DNA of 64,000 nucleotides, taken from Amoebidium appalachense. Lineage: Eukaryota; Protista; Ichthyosporea. The stretch is from assembly GCA_963693365.1 (NCBI GenBank), contig CAVNZM010000016.1, forward strand, positions 2,631,957 through 2,695,956, given 5' to 3'. Below are positions 1-10,089 of this stretch, in pieces. A program made the position numbers and the translations under genes. The notes below the pieces were generated by a model. That model made no database searches. It saw only the letters and a list, made by a program, of their open reading frames with translations, and was not told the DNA's origin. Within the stretch, counting starts at the first letter, position 1, and each line of letters begins with the position of its first letter.

Positions 1-484
1 GTCTAAACTAAAGTAAATTAATGAAGTCTAAACACACATGCTATTCTAAGTGTAGCCTAAGTGTGTTACCGTCCAATGAACACGCATTAAGTAACACAAA
101 TCTACCTAACATATATTAGTAGAAAAGAAATACGATTATACACATGAAGACAAAGAGAGAAAGAAAAGAAAATAAGGAAGGAGAAAGAGGAAGGAAAAGA
201 GAGCACAGATCAACAAACAAGATAGCAATAGCATAACTATAACCAGAGATATTTATGTACACACGAACATGTACACGTCTCTCCCTGAGTGGGTGGATCC
301 GTGTACACACTTATAAATATTCTAATCGATATTACAATACACGATTAGAGCCGATACAACACGATTACAAGTATACAAGCATATCGGAGATCGATGCTTC
401 ATTTTACATAATAGGAGTGTGGCATATACACTAAGCATATGAACTGAAACATGACACAAACTGAGAAGATCTTACCATATGTAG

Positions 485-1273
485 ATACTACGTATTACAA
501 CATCTAAAGATGACATCAAAGATCTAGAAAGGCGCGCTGAAAAAATAGAGACAAGACTCAAGACTTTGGAGGAGGATGCAAAGGCCCTGCGGGACACCCA
601 GGCCCGTTTCGCGCGCGCCCTTGCTAGGCACGCCCGCATGGCTTTAAGCAAGCGCACCACTACAGCAGCAACCGTGGCACCCCCAGCAGCAACCGTGGCA
701 CCCCCAGCAGCAACCGTGGCACCCCCAGCGCTGACCGTGGCACCCCCTGTCCTGGCAGCGGCACCTGCACTTCGTGCTGGCGAGCATGGCAGCTCCTATC
801 CCGTGGACTTGGCCCCCCAGCCCCTGCAGCGCTCACGTTTGCACATCACACAGGGGTCCAAGACACGGGAGAAACCACGAAGACAGCAGAAGAGGACACG
901 AGAGGAAGTCAGAAGCTCTGGGTCGGAGGAGGAGTACCATCCTCCAGTGCCTGCTTGGTTCAAGACCTTCACACAGGGGTCCAAGACACGGGAGAAACCA
1001 CGAAGACAGCAGAAGAGGACACGAGAGGAAGTCAGAAGCTCTGGGTCGGAGGAGGAGTACCATCCTCCAGTGCCCGCTTGGTTCAAGACCTTGTCCAAGA
1101 CCTTGCTACGGGGACAGCAGTCAGAACCTGAGGAGTACTCGTCTTCTGAGGAGTACTCGTCTTCCGAGTCCAAGACCTTGACACGGGGACAGCAGAAAAG
1201 GGCACGAGCCAGTGAAGCCAGCAGCTCTGGGGCGTCTTCCGAGTCTTCAGACGGGGATATCAACTGGTCTTGA
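485..1273 (+). CDS. Terminal exon or ORF of an unknown low-complexity protein (coiled coil, Ala/Thr/Pro repeats, Ser/Glu-rich tail)
   Basis: The frame of ORF 566..1273 stays open back to 485, directly after a candidate acceptor (cttaccatatgtAG 483-484). It reads ILRITTSKDDIKDLERRAEKIETRLKTLEEDAKAL (heptad-like), then about 4 x ATVAPPA, a 41-aa duplication, and TGA at 1271-1273. No family recognised. Confidence 0.5.
   Translation: MLRITTSKDDIKDLERRAEKIETRLKTLEEDAKALRDTQARFARALARHARMALSKRTTTAATVAPPAATVAPPAATVAPPALTVAPPVLAAAPALRAGEHGSSYPVDLAPQPLQRSRLHITQGSKTREKPRRQQKRTREEVRSSGSEEEYHPPVPAWFKTFTQGSKTREKPRRQQKRTREEVRSSGSEEEYHPPVPAWFKTLSKTLLRGQQSEPEEYSSSEEYSSSESKTLTRGQQKRARASEASSSGASSESSDGDINWS
848..1090 (+). 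repeat. In-frame 123-bp tandem duplication (2 copies) inside the ORF
   Basis: TQGSKTREKPRRQQKRTREEVRSSGSEEEYHPPVPAWFKT occurs twice with near-identical DNA. Confidence 0.9.
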
Positions 1274-1351
1274 CACGGTGAAAAAAGGGGCCGCTATTAG
1301 AGAGTAGCCTCAGGCTATTCTAGTGCTTGTGTGCAGATGTACTTAACATTG

Positions 1352-2838
1352 AGTGTACTTAGGGTGGGGCTGTGCAGACGTGTACTTAAAGGGTGGGGCT
1401 GTGCAGACGTGTACTTAGGATGGTGTAGAGGTACTTAGGGCTGTGCAGACGTGTACTTAGGATGGTGTAGAGGTACTTAGGGTGGTGCAGAGTGTACTTA
1501 GGGTGGTGCAGAGTGTACTTAGGGTGGGGCTGTGCAGAGTGTACTTAGGGTGGTGCAGAGTGTACTTAGGGTGGGGCTGTGCAGAGTGTACTTAGGGCTG
1601 TGCAGAGGTGTACTTAGGGTGGTGCAGAGGTGTACTTAGGGCTGTGCAGAGGTGTACTTAGGGTGGTGCAGACGTGTACTTAGGGTGGTGCAGAGGTCTA
1701 CTTAGGGTGGTGCAGACGTGTACTTAGGGTGGTGCAGAGGTCTACTTAGGGTGGTGCAGAGGTCTACTTAGGGTGGTGCAGACGTGTACTTAGGGTGGTG
1801 CAGAGGTGTACTTAGGGTGGTGCAGAGGTGTACTTAGGGTGGTGCGGTGCAGACGTGTACTTAGGGTGGTGCAGACGTGTACTTAGGGTGGTGCAGACGT
1901 GTACTTAGGGTGGTGCAGAGGTGTACTTAGGGTGGTGCAGAGTGTACTTAGGGTGGGGCTGTGCAGAGTGTACTTAGGGTGGTGCAGAGTGTACTTAGGG
2001 CGGTGCAGAGTGTACTTAGGGTGGTGCAGAGTGTACTTAGGGTGGGGCTGTGCAGAGTGTACTTAGGGCTGTGCAGAGTGTACTTAGGGCGGTGCAGAGG
2101 TGTACTTAGGGCGGTGCAGAGGTGTACTTAGGGTGGTGCAGACGTGTACTTAGGGTGGTGCAGAGGTGTACTTAGGGTGGTGCAGACGTGTACTTAGGGT
2201 GGTGCAGAGTGTACTTAGGGCGGTGCAGAGGTGTACTTAGGGCGGTGCAGAGGTGTACTTAGGGCGGTGCAGAGGTGTACTTAGGGTGGTGCAGACGTGT
2301 ACTTAGGGTGGTGCAGACGTGTACTTAGGGTGGTGCAGAGTGTACTTAGGGTGGTGCAGACGTGTACTTAGGGTGGTGCAGACGTGTACTTAGGGTGGTG
2401 CAGAGTGTACTTAGGGTGGTGCAGAGTGTACTTAGGGTGGGGCTGTGCACCACAGTGTACTTAGGGTGGTGCAGAGTGTACTTAGGGTGGTGCAGAGTGT
2501 ACTTAGGGTGGTGCAGAGTGTACTTAGGGTGGTGCAGAGTGTACTTAGGGTGGGGCTGTGCACCACAGTGTACTTAGGGTGGTGCAGACGTGTACTTAGG
2601 GTGGTGCAGAGTGTACTTAGGGTGGTGCAGAGTGTACTTAGGGTGGGGCTGTGCACCACAGTGTACTTAGGGTGGTGCAGACGTGTACTTAGGGTGGGGC
2701 TGTGCACCACAGTGTACTTAGGGTGGTGCAGAGTGTACTTAGGGTGGGGCTGTGCACCACAGTGTACTTAGGGTGGTGCAGACGTGTACTTAGGGTGGGG
2801 CTGTGCACCACAGTGTACTTAGGGTGGTGCAGAGTGTA
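1352..2838 (+). repeat. Minisatellite of 21-29 bp units, consensus (G)GTGTACTTAGGGTGGTGCAGA, roughly 65 copies
   Basis: Directly visible. Nearly every unit contains TTAGGG. Variant units (ggtcta, ggcggtg, gggctgtgcaccaca) cluster in different parts of the array. Confidence 0.95.
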
Positions 2839-3249
2839 ATTAGGTGGGTGTCTTGTGGTGAAAGTAAAGTTTATGGCATACAGGCAGATGTGTGCTTTAA
2901 GCCTTAGGGAACTGTGGGCAGACATGTCAACACTTGGGCCTATGGGTAGACGTGTACACACTTAGTGTATTTGTTTGTGTCTCTCATGGTTATTTTATAG
3001 CATGAAGCACTGCAAAAAATGGTGTATGTTTCCGTGGTCCACGTACACAGAATCCTTTAATATGAACACAAGTGATTGTATAGAAAAAGAGTAAGTACGT
3101 ACATGATAGTCTAGTCAGATTACAAAGAACAAATCAACTTGGACCGAGTATATTCAAATACAAACTAAAAGAGAAAAGAAACAAATAAATCAAGACCGAT
3201 CAATTCAAATACAAATCAAAAGAGAATGCCACTTAGTCGACCAATCAAA

Positions 3250-4373
3250 TCAGTACATCTCATGCTCATACTGGTCAAACTCTTCCTGGTCAAGATCAAT
3301 GAGGGGAATTTCTTCAGTTTGTTTATGTTTGGGTTCAGGTTTGCGGTCATACACGACCGACTCACGATCAGACGCAGATTCGTCATCTGTCATATCATCG
3401 AGTACCTGATTTGCCCGTCGTTTGAGCCGCTTGGGGTTGAATGCTTCATCTGAGTCCCAATCACATTGATCATGGACGCGTTTGGCGGGTGAGGCAGGTG
3501 AAGAGACAGACTCATTACCACCTGTGTATGCCTTCAAGTTCTTCTCCCGTCGCAGAATCTTCCTTCGGATGCTTTTTATGGTGTTTTGGGCTGCACACAC
3601 AGCAGCAAGGGCCAGGCCCTCCGCCATTTCATCTTCAGCCGCCTTTGCCTCTTTGACACGCTCTCGAGCATTCTGGAGCTCCCCCCTCACACTAGTTAGC
3701 TGTGCATCGAGGTCCATCGTATGGTCATGCAACGAAGTCTCAGGTGTTTTGGTGTGCTTGGGCCTGGGCTTAGCGGCAGGGGTGGTCTTGGCAGGAGTGG
3801 TCTTGGTGGTAGGGGTGGTCTTGGCAGGAGTGGTCTTGGTGGTAGGGGTGGTCTTGGCAGGAGTGGTCTTGGTGGTAGGGGTGGTCTTGGCAGGAGTGGT
3901 CTTGGCGGCAGGGGTGGGGGCAGTCACAGGGGCGGTCTTGGCGGCAGGGGTGGGGGCAGTCACAGGGGCGGTCTTGGCGGCAGGGGTGGGGGCAGTCACA
4001 GTGGTGGTCTTGCCGGCAGGGGGGGGGCAGTCACAGTGGTGGTCATGGCCACAGGGGTAGTCTTGCAAGGGCCACTGAAAATGTAGTTTTCATAGGCCAC
4101 CTGGCCATCCCGGTGGGGTGCTGCAGCCCGTTGCAGGCTGGCAAGCTCGGCCTGCAGGGTCTTGATCTGCTCTTCGGCTGCCCTCAGTCGTGCCTCTACA
4201 TCAGAGGGCTGGGGTTGGGGGGGTCGGGGGGTACGCGCAGCATTCTCATTGGTCACTTGACTGCGGAGGCTGATGAGGTCGGTGTGCAGGGCTGTTAAGC
4301 GAGACGAATGGTCCGTGTACAGAAAATCAAAGCGCTTCTGCAGCTGTTGAAGCTCCTCTTTCAAAGAATCCAT
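3250..4373 (-). CDS. Intronless unknown protein (coiled coil, TAPTPAAK/KTTP repeats, coiled coil, acidic tail) with a 1-nt frameshift in a G run
   Basis: ORF 3996..4373 (ATG, MDSLKEELQQLQ...) and ORF 3250..4068 join if G9 at 4019-4027 is one base longer. The neighbouring repeat units have 10 nt (ggggtggggg) at the same position. A TATA box lies upstream. Confidence 0.65.
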
Positions 4374-4440
4374 GTTTCGTGTGAGTGTTTGAAAAACCAG
4401 TTTGTTGTGTGTCGCCTTTTACTATTGAGTGTCAGTGTTG

Positions 4441-4631
4441 AAATGAGTGAATGTGACCGTGTGTGCTGCTTTTATATGCCACGGTACAAAGCAGCTTACA
4501 GCAATGGTGCCAAGGCTCAATGGGATAGATCTGTCCAATCAACGGTCATTGTCACTCAAACGGCCTTGATGATTGGCAAAGTATCACGTCTAAGCTTGAT
4601 GAAAACAAACCCGTGGCTGCTAACCATTGGC
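4441..4631 (-). promoter_or_regulatory. Candidate Pol II promoter of the 4373 gene (TATA, Inr-like and CCAAT elements)
   Basis: Minus-strand TATAAAAG at 4469-4476, Inr-like TCACTC/TCATTT about 25-30 nt downstream, and CCAAT/ATTGG near 4535, 4572 and 4627. Confidence 0.5.
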
Positions 4632-4667
4632 CGGGTATAGATCTAACCAAAAAAGGAAGGCACAACA

Positions 4668-4906
4668 AATTAGTGCCTGCACACGGAGCATGCCTATAGG
4701 CTGTTTAGACACCACACGTGTAGGGCGCTGCCTCTTGGCACCAACCAGAAGAGGGTAGAAATTGGTGCCTGCACACGGAGCATGCCTATAGGCTGTTTAG
4801 ACACCACACGTGTAGGGCGCTGCCTCTTGGCACCAACCAGAAGAGGGTAGAAATTGGTGCCTGCACACGGAGCATGTCTATAGGCTGTTTAGACACCACA
4901 CGTGTT
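4668..4906. repeat. Tandem repeat of about 92 bp, 2.5 copies
   Basis: gtgcctgcacacggagcatgcctataggctgtttagacaccacacgtgt... recurs near 4673, 4766 and 4857. Confidence 0.9.
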
Positions 4907-5000
4907 GTGGCTTCTGCCTTTATCACCCACACAGCCGCATGGTGCCAACATACACTATGCACACACAACATTTATCCACGCTGTGAGTGGCATGCCAGTC

Positions 5001-5236
5001 TCCCCAGCCCCCCTGCCCCCCCAGCCCCCCTGCCCCCCCTGCCCCCCAGCCCCCCCCTGCTCCCCTGCCCCCCTGCTCCCCTGCCTCCCGGAACCAGGCC
5101 CCCAGTGTGACCATGGCCATATGCACACCCACACACTGAGTGGCTCCCCTGCTCCCCTGCCCCCCTGCTCCCCTGCCTCCCGGAACCCGGGGCAGGGCCA
5201 GTGAGTGCTCCCCTGCCCCCCTGCCTCCCGGAACCA
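5001..5236. repeat. C-rich tandem and degenerate repeats (cccctgccccc; ctgctcccctgcctcccggaacc x3)
   Basis: Directly visible. The complementary strand is G-run rich. Confidence 0.75.
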
Positions 5237-5497
5237 CGCCCCGGCGCAGTGGCAGCTATTTTTAGATATAGAGATTCCATGGCCACATGGCCAGATGGCC
5301 AGATCATTTTGCTCACCGTTTTATCCCGTTTTATCCACCTTTTTTCACACACTGAATTTGACCTGGCCATCTGGCCATCTGGGTAGAGACCGTTTTCTGT
5401 TCTGATATTGGAGAACTGTCTGATAGTGATAGCAAATGTCATTCGAAGAACAATCGGGAAACCCCGTGGTGTGACAACCAATCAGAATGAAGCAATA

Positions 5498-5889
5498 TTG
5501 GGATATTCGGGTTGGTTGTAAGGTTTTCCGGGTCGGGCCGAAGGCCCTAACGGGCCGCAGGCCCGTCTATTGGGCCTTCGGCCCTAGGCCGCTAGGCCTG
5601 GGGCCCGGGGCGCCGGGGACCGGGGGCCCGGCCCGGCCCGCGAGCCACCCCCGGCCCGGCCCGGCCCCCCCCCGGGGCCCCGGGGTTAGCAGCGGCTGCT
5701 AACCCCGGGGCCCCGGGGGGGGCCGGGCCGGGCCGGGGGTGGCTCGCGGGCCGGGCCGGGCCCCCGGTCCCCGGCGCCCCGGGCCCCAGGCCTAGCGGCC
5801 TAGGGCCGAAGGCCCAATAGACGGGCCTGCGGCCCGTTAGGGCCTTCGGCCCGACCCGGAAAACCTTACAACCAACCCGAATATCCCAA
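5498..5889. repeat. 392-bp near-perfect GC-rich palindrome (foldback or MITE-like)
   Basis: Arms 5498-5693 and 5695-5889 are reverse complements (TTGGGATATTCGGGTTGG... / ...CCAACCCGAATATCCCAA) with a 1-nt centre at 5694. The only difference seen is C9 versus G8. Confidence 0.95.
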
Positions 5890-6496
5890 GTCAGTTGTAA
5901 CGTCACCCAATCCTTCCTTTTACTTTCCCACCATAAACGCGCTACCCACGCCATTTCACGGCTCAGTCCGCACGTGGGCGGTTACAGTTCACATCAGAAA
6001 CTTTTTTTTACCTTCTTCGCTGCATCTTATACTCGGATCCTACCTCCCGGACTTGCACGTATTCCTCTTTCCAATCTTATTAGCGGTTAGGTCACCGCAC
6101 GAGTCATGCGCATTGTGACGTACATCGTGACGCACTTCGTCCAATCGTGTACTCCGCCCTGCCCGCCGCCCAAGAACCCGTGACTCGCATATGTGTCCTG
6201 TACCGCTGTTTTTTTTTTTCGCCCACGGCAATAAAAACGCATGATATTAGGCGAATGGTCTATCCTTAAAACGCACCAGTGCGCTCCCTCCCAATCGTAA
6301 ACACGCCCTGACCCCCCTTTTACCCAATCAGATACCGCCCGCCCCCCTCCCTTGCGGGTGCCATATGTGTCCTGTACCGCTCCCCCGCCCTCCCCCCCCC
6401 CCCCCCCCCCCCCCCTTCTCGCCACTCCCGCCCTCCTTCCCCTTTTTCAAAGTTTTTTAAGTAGGGAACACTCCTCACTACCGTTCCCATCCATAC

Positions 6497-6639
6497 CTTG
6501 CGGTGGTATTTGGACCGATGGTATAAGTGGCCACCCGGCCAGATACGGGATCCTCGGGGGGTGCGCCATCCGCCTCTGGCTGGCGTTCGATCTTGACGTC
6601 CATCTTGATCACTATGTCGTCTGTACTGTTGCTGGCCAT
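6497..6639 (-). CDS. Possible orphan exon of an unknown gene, abutting the 5' end of the LINE
   Basis: ATG at 6639 gives MASNSTDDIVIKMDVKIERQPEADGAPPEDPVSGRVATYTIGPNTTA and ends at AAG|GTATGG, the same donor style as host genes here. Downstream exons were not found. Confidence 0.3.
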
Positions 6640-6646
6640 GCGCTGC

Positions 6647-9575
6647 ATACACCCATGCCAATCCGCTTTTCGTAAGAACAATTCATGTTAAGTTCAAATA
6701 ATGGCACTTCACGATTCTATGCAAGTTGGTGCACGTGTTGGCTTTATTGATTGGTAAACTGCTTACGATTCTGTCTCCCCTGGTCTCATATAGGAAAAGC
6801 TTGCTGCACGGGGTGTACCACACTGCATTGGTGTTCTGTTAGAAGCACTCTTGTCTCAAACCTAAGGTAGAGCTGTGGTTAATGGGCATCTTTCATATGG
6901 TTTTGCTCGTACTAGAGGTCTCTTGCAGGGTTCATTGCTTAGCCCCTTTTTGTTTAACCTATTTATAGATGATTTGCGCAAAGAAGGCGTCCTCCTTCTT
7001 TCTATATTTGGTAATACAAGTCTATACAGAGAGAAATATACCGTTATGGCCCTCTACAAGTAATGGCCACGTGCTAATACACTCTCTCCCTTTGTGATCG
7101 ATATCTCTTCTGAGCGCGAGCTCAGAGCCCTGTTCGATCGATTATCGAGCCAAGATGACATCACAATGACGTACATTCCATTGTTCGCAAAACCCAGTCA
7201 TCTTAGAATTCGAATTTCCCAATAAGTCTAATTAGATCGTGCCGGAGATGATTTTGAATATTTTCGAATGTAAATATATTTATATATAAGTCGTCCTTAT
7301 CCTGGTGATATGAGATGCCATGACCTGAGAGATAATTTAGAATATTGTATTATTCTTATCAGTGCCAAGCTTCGTCATCTTCTTCTTAGAATATTCCTGA
7401 TTCTTCTTAGTGTAACTTTTAGTGTAACCTTCTTGCACGTTGGTGCGTACTCAATTTCTATTGGCTATCGTAATCTATGCCCCGAGTATATAAGTCGCCA
7501 CATGCATTCAGTCATTCAGCCCAGTCAACTTGATCAGTCAGTCCGAGTCACAGCCAGCCAAGTTCCTCTACCCCCATGGCCAAGTACAGCAGCTTCAAGA
7601 CGTCACTGCAAGGCTTCAAGGAGAAGTGTCTTCAACATGCAACAGCGAGACTCTGGCTATGACTATAACACTGTGACTGTACACTTCTACATGTTAGACT
7701 ACAGTACTCTATTCTTTTCTTTCGTTCTCACAAGTTATAATTCGAATTTACATGCATAGATAAATTGAATATAAATAGATATACTCTCACTTCTGGTCAT
7801 GAAATACAGCTAAGGAAAAATGGGTATAAGAGTTCACACTCTTATCCAGCCACGTTGATAGAGTGTATTGCGCACACTCACGCGGCTAGCCTTTCCTAGA
7901 TAGCTGAATAAACGTTCCAAGTAAGGCTAATAACTAACTAATAATTGCTCGCTCTTACTTCTGCTTCTTTGCATATCTGCATGTTTACTAGGTGCCACAC
8001 ATAACACAAACACGTACATTTTAACCTCTTGACGCGCATGAGAACATACACAGCACACACAAATATGTGGTTATACTATGCCCAGCACTCTTATCACACG
8101 CTTCCACAAACACGCTTCCACACACCTCCCATAAACAGTAGCACAAAACATAACCACGTGCCAGTGTAGCCATGTGCGTGAGCAGTGGGCTCTAGCCATA
8201 AGACAGACAAAGGGCCCCGCCTTTAGGTTTGGCTGTCAAGATTTACGCCGAAAATGATGACCCTATTAATAACTTTCCGCCTGCACTTCTCTATGCTGAT
8301 GATCTGTCCCTCCTTGCCCGTGCCCCTAGACGCCTGCAAAGATTGTTCGATGTAGTGTCAGAGTGGTGCGAGGCAAACCTTATGATCCTTAACATAGACA
8401 AATGTGGTGTTCTTGTACCTGATATAGCTAACAATTTACACACATTTACATTATCATCTAAACCTGTACCTATAGTTCCAGAATACAAATATCTTGGTGT
8501 TCCGGTTAATTCTGTTGGTGTTATGTTTTCCCATATGGTCGAAAAGAGGGTAGAGTTGGCTCGTAAGCGGTTAGCTTTTTTCTCGGCTAATATTTTTAAA
8601 GACACACCCCTCCATCCTTCTATTAGACTTGCATTTATTCGCACTTTTGTCTTCCCGGCATGTGAATATGGTTTACCCCTTCTCGCCGCTTGGATCAAGA
8701 AAGAGAGAACTAGAGCGCTTTAACCCTTGGCAAATTTCCTTGAAGCAGAAGTTGCCTCCTTTCTATCTAACAACTGTTGTAAACCTGGGCCTGTAACGCT
8801 CTCGATATATGGTCTGGTCCCAATAGCTGCTAGAGTATTCCATCTCGCGCTGAAATTCAATAAGCACATAAGCCGCTTAAAGAAGTATTTGCCCTCCCAC
8901 CCTCTCTTCTCTATCCGACCTGTCCCCTCCTCACCTCTCCCCTCTTTCCTTCCCTCTCTCTCTCCTTCTCCCCCAGGCACAAATGCAAATAAACCCCGCA
9001 AAAGTGTGCGTGTGACTTTGGACTGCCACTTATTTATTAAACATGTACACAATCACAAGATAATCACGCAATATAACAAATGGAAAAAGATACCACACGA
9101 CACTAGACCCGATGAAAGCAGACACCTTGAAAAACTAAGCCTTATGTCTCGTTTTATATATAATGACCGCCTCAACCATATTGCCAAATATGGCACTCGC
9201 AAATGTATAACACCTAAATACATATTACCTTCCTGTAGAACCGGTCTTTCTCTAGCTGATGGTATTATTGATCAATTACCACGCTTTAGCCTCACGTGCT
9301 ATACAGTGGAGATCTAATAAGTATAAGGTGGAATCGTTTGCATGCCCATACAACACACACACACACCAGTTTAAACGCTCATGTATCGCCAAATGTAGTT
9401 TGATAGACCACATAATACCGCAACACACACACGTCACATTCACAACAGACACCCAGAAAGGTAGCCTATCTGTAAATTACGGAGTCCTTGATTTTATACT
9501 AAACACGCGTAACTACGACCTGATTATTAGATGTATTGATTGGCTTGAGAAACACACACTACAAAATTCTAGCGC
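6647..9575 (+). mobile_element. Decayed, 5'-truncated non-LTR retrotransposon (LINE-type reverse transcriptase), interrupted by an insertion
   Basis: RT motifs appear in order: HPCQSAFR, FIDW*TAYDSV, RGLLQGSLLSPFLFNLFIDDL, [insertion], LLYADDL, LNIDKC, EYKYLGV, PACEYG, and a Cys/His-rich C-terminus (WRSN..CPYN..H..FKRSC..C..LDFILN). It has five in-frame stops and a frameshift near 9270, and runs into (CA)n, poly-C and poly-A. Confidence 0.9.
6977..8227. mobile_element. Unclassified 1251-bp insertion flanked by TTTG direct repeats
   Basis: TTTG at 6973-6976 and 8228-8231. Removing the insert and one TTTG restores ...GAT GAT TTG GCT GTC AAG (DDLAVK) in the RT frame. Confidence 0.8.
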
Positions 9576-9621
9576 ACGCACACACACACACACACACACA
9601 CACGCGCACACACACACACAC

Positions 9622-9656
<35 letters not shown>

Positions 9657-9685
9657 ACCAGCTGATACCGAGTGTCCCAGGGGAG

Positions 9686-9719
<34 letters not shown>

Positions 9720-9769
9720 CCACCCCCCCCCCCCCCCCCCCATCCCCCGCCAAAAAAAAAAAAACAAAA

Positions 9770-9805
<36 letters not shown>

Positions 9806-10089
9806 GGGGAACCCCAACTAATTGATTTTTCTTAGTCTTTATGGTGTCTCGTAGTGAAAGTAAACCCTGATATATAGTCATCACCCGACATCTATGTACG
9901 TGATCATGATATACCGCTGAGGGGATATTCCGAGCAAAAAACCCCCCATACCTGAGACTGGTCTCTCTTTGCCTCGAGGAAACAGCGTAAACCTTTTTTT
10001 TTTTTTTTTTGACTGGATTTATTCGACCCAAGACATATCACCACCGTCAACCGATGGTCACAGTGACGCGCGATAGACCAATTCAGATT

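Noticed and set aside
1352-2838. CRISPR array or ORFs 2362-2961
   Set aside because: Units are contiguous with no unique spacers, the context is eukaryotic and there are no cas genes. The ORFs are translations of the repeat.
6976-8226. The RT insertion as a spliceable GC-AG intron
   Set aside because: Splicing GC(6976) to AG(8226) does not restore the RT frame. The TTTG direct repeat explains the junction better.
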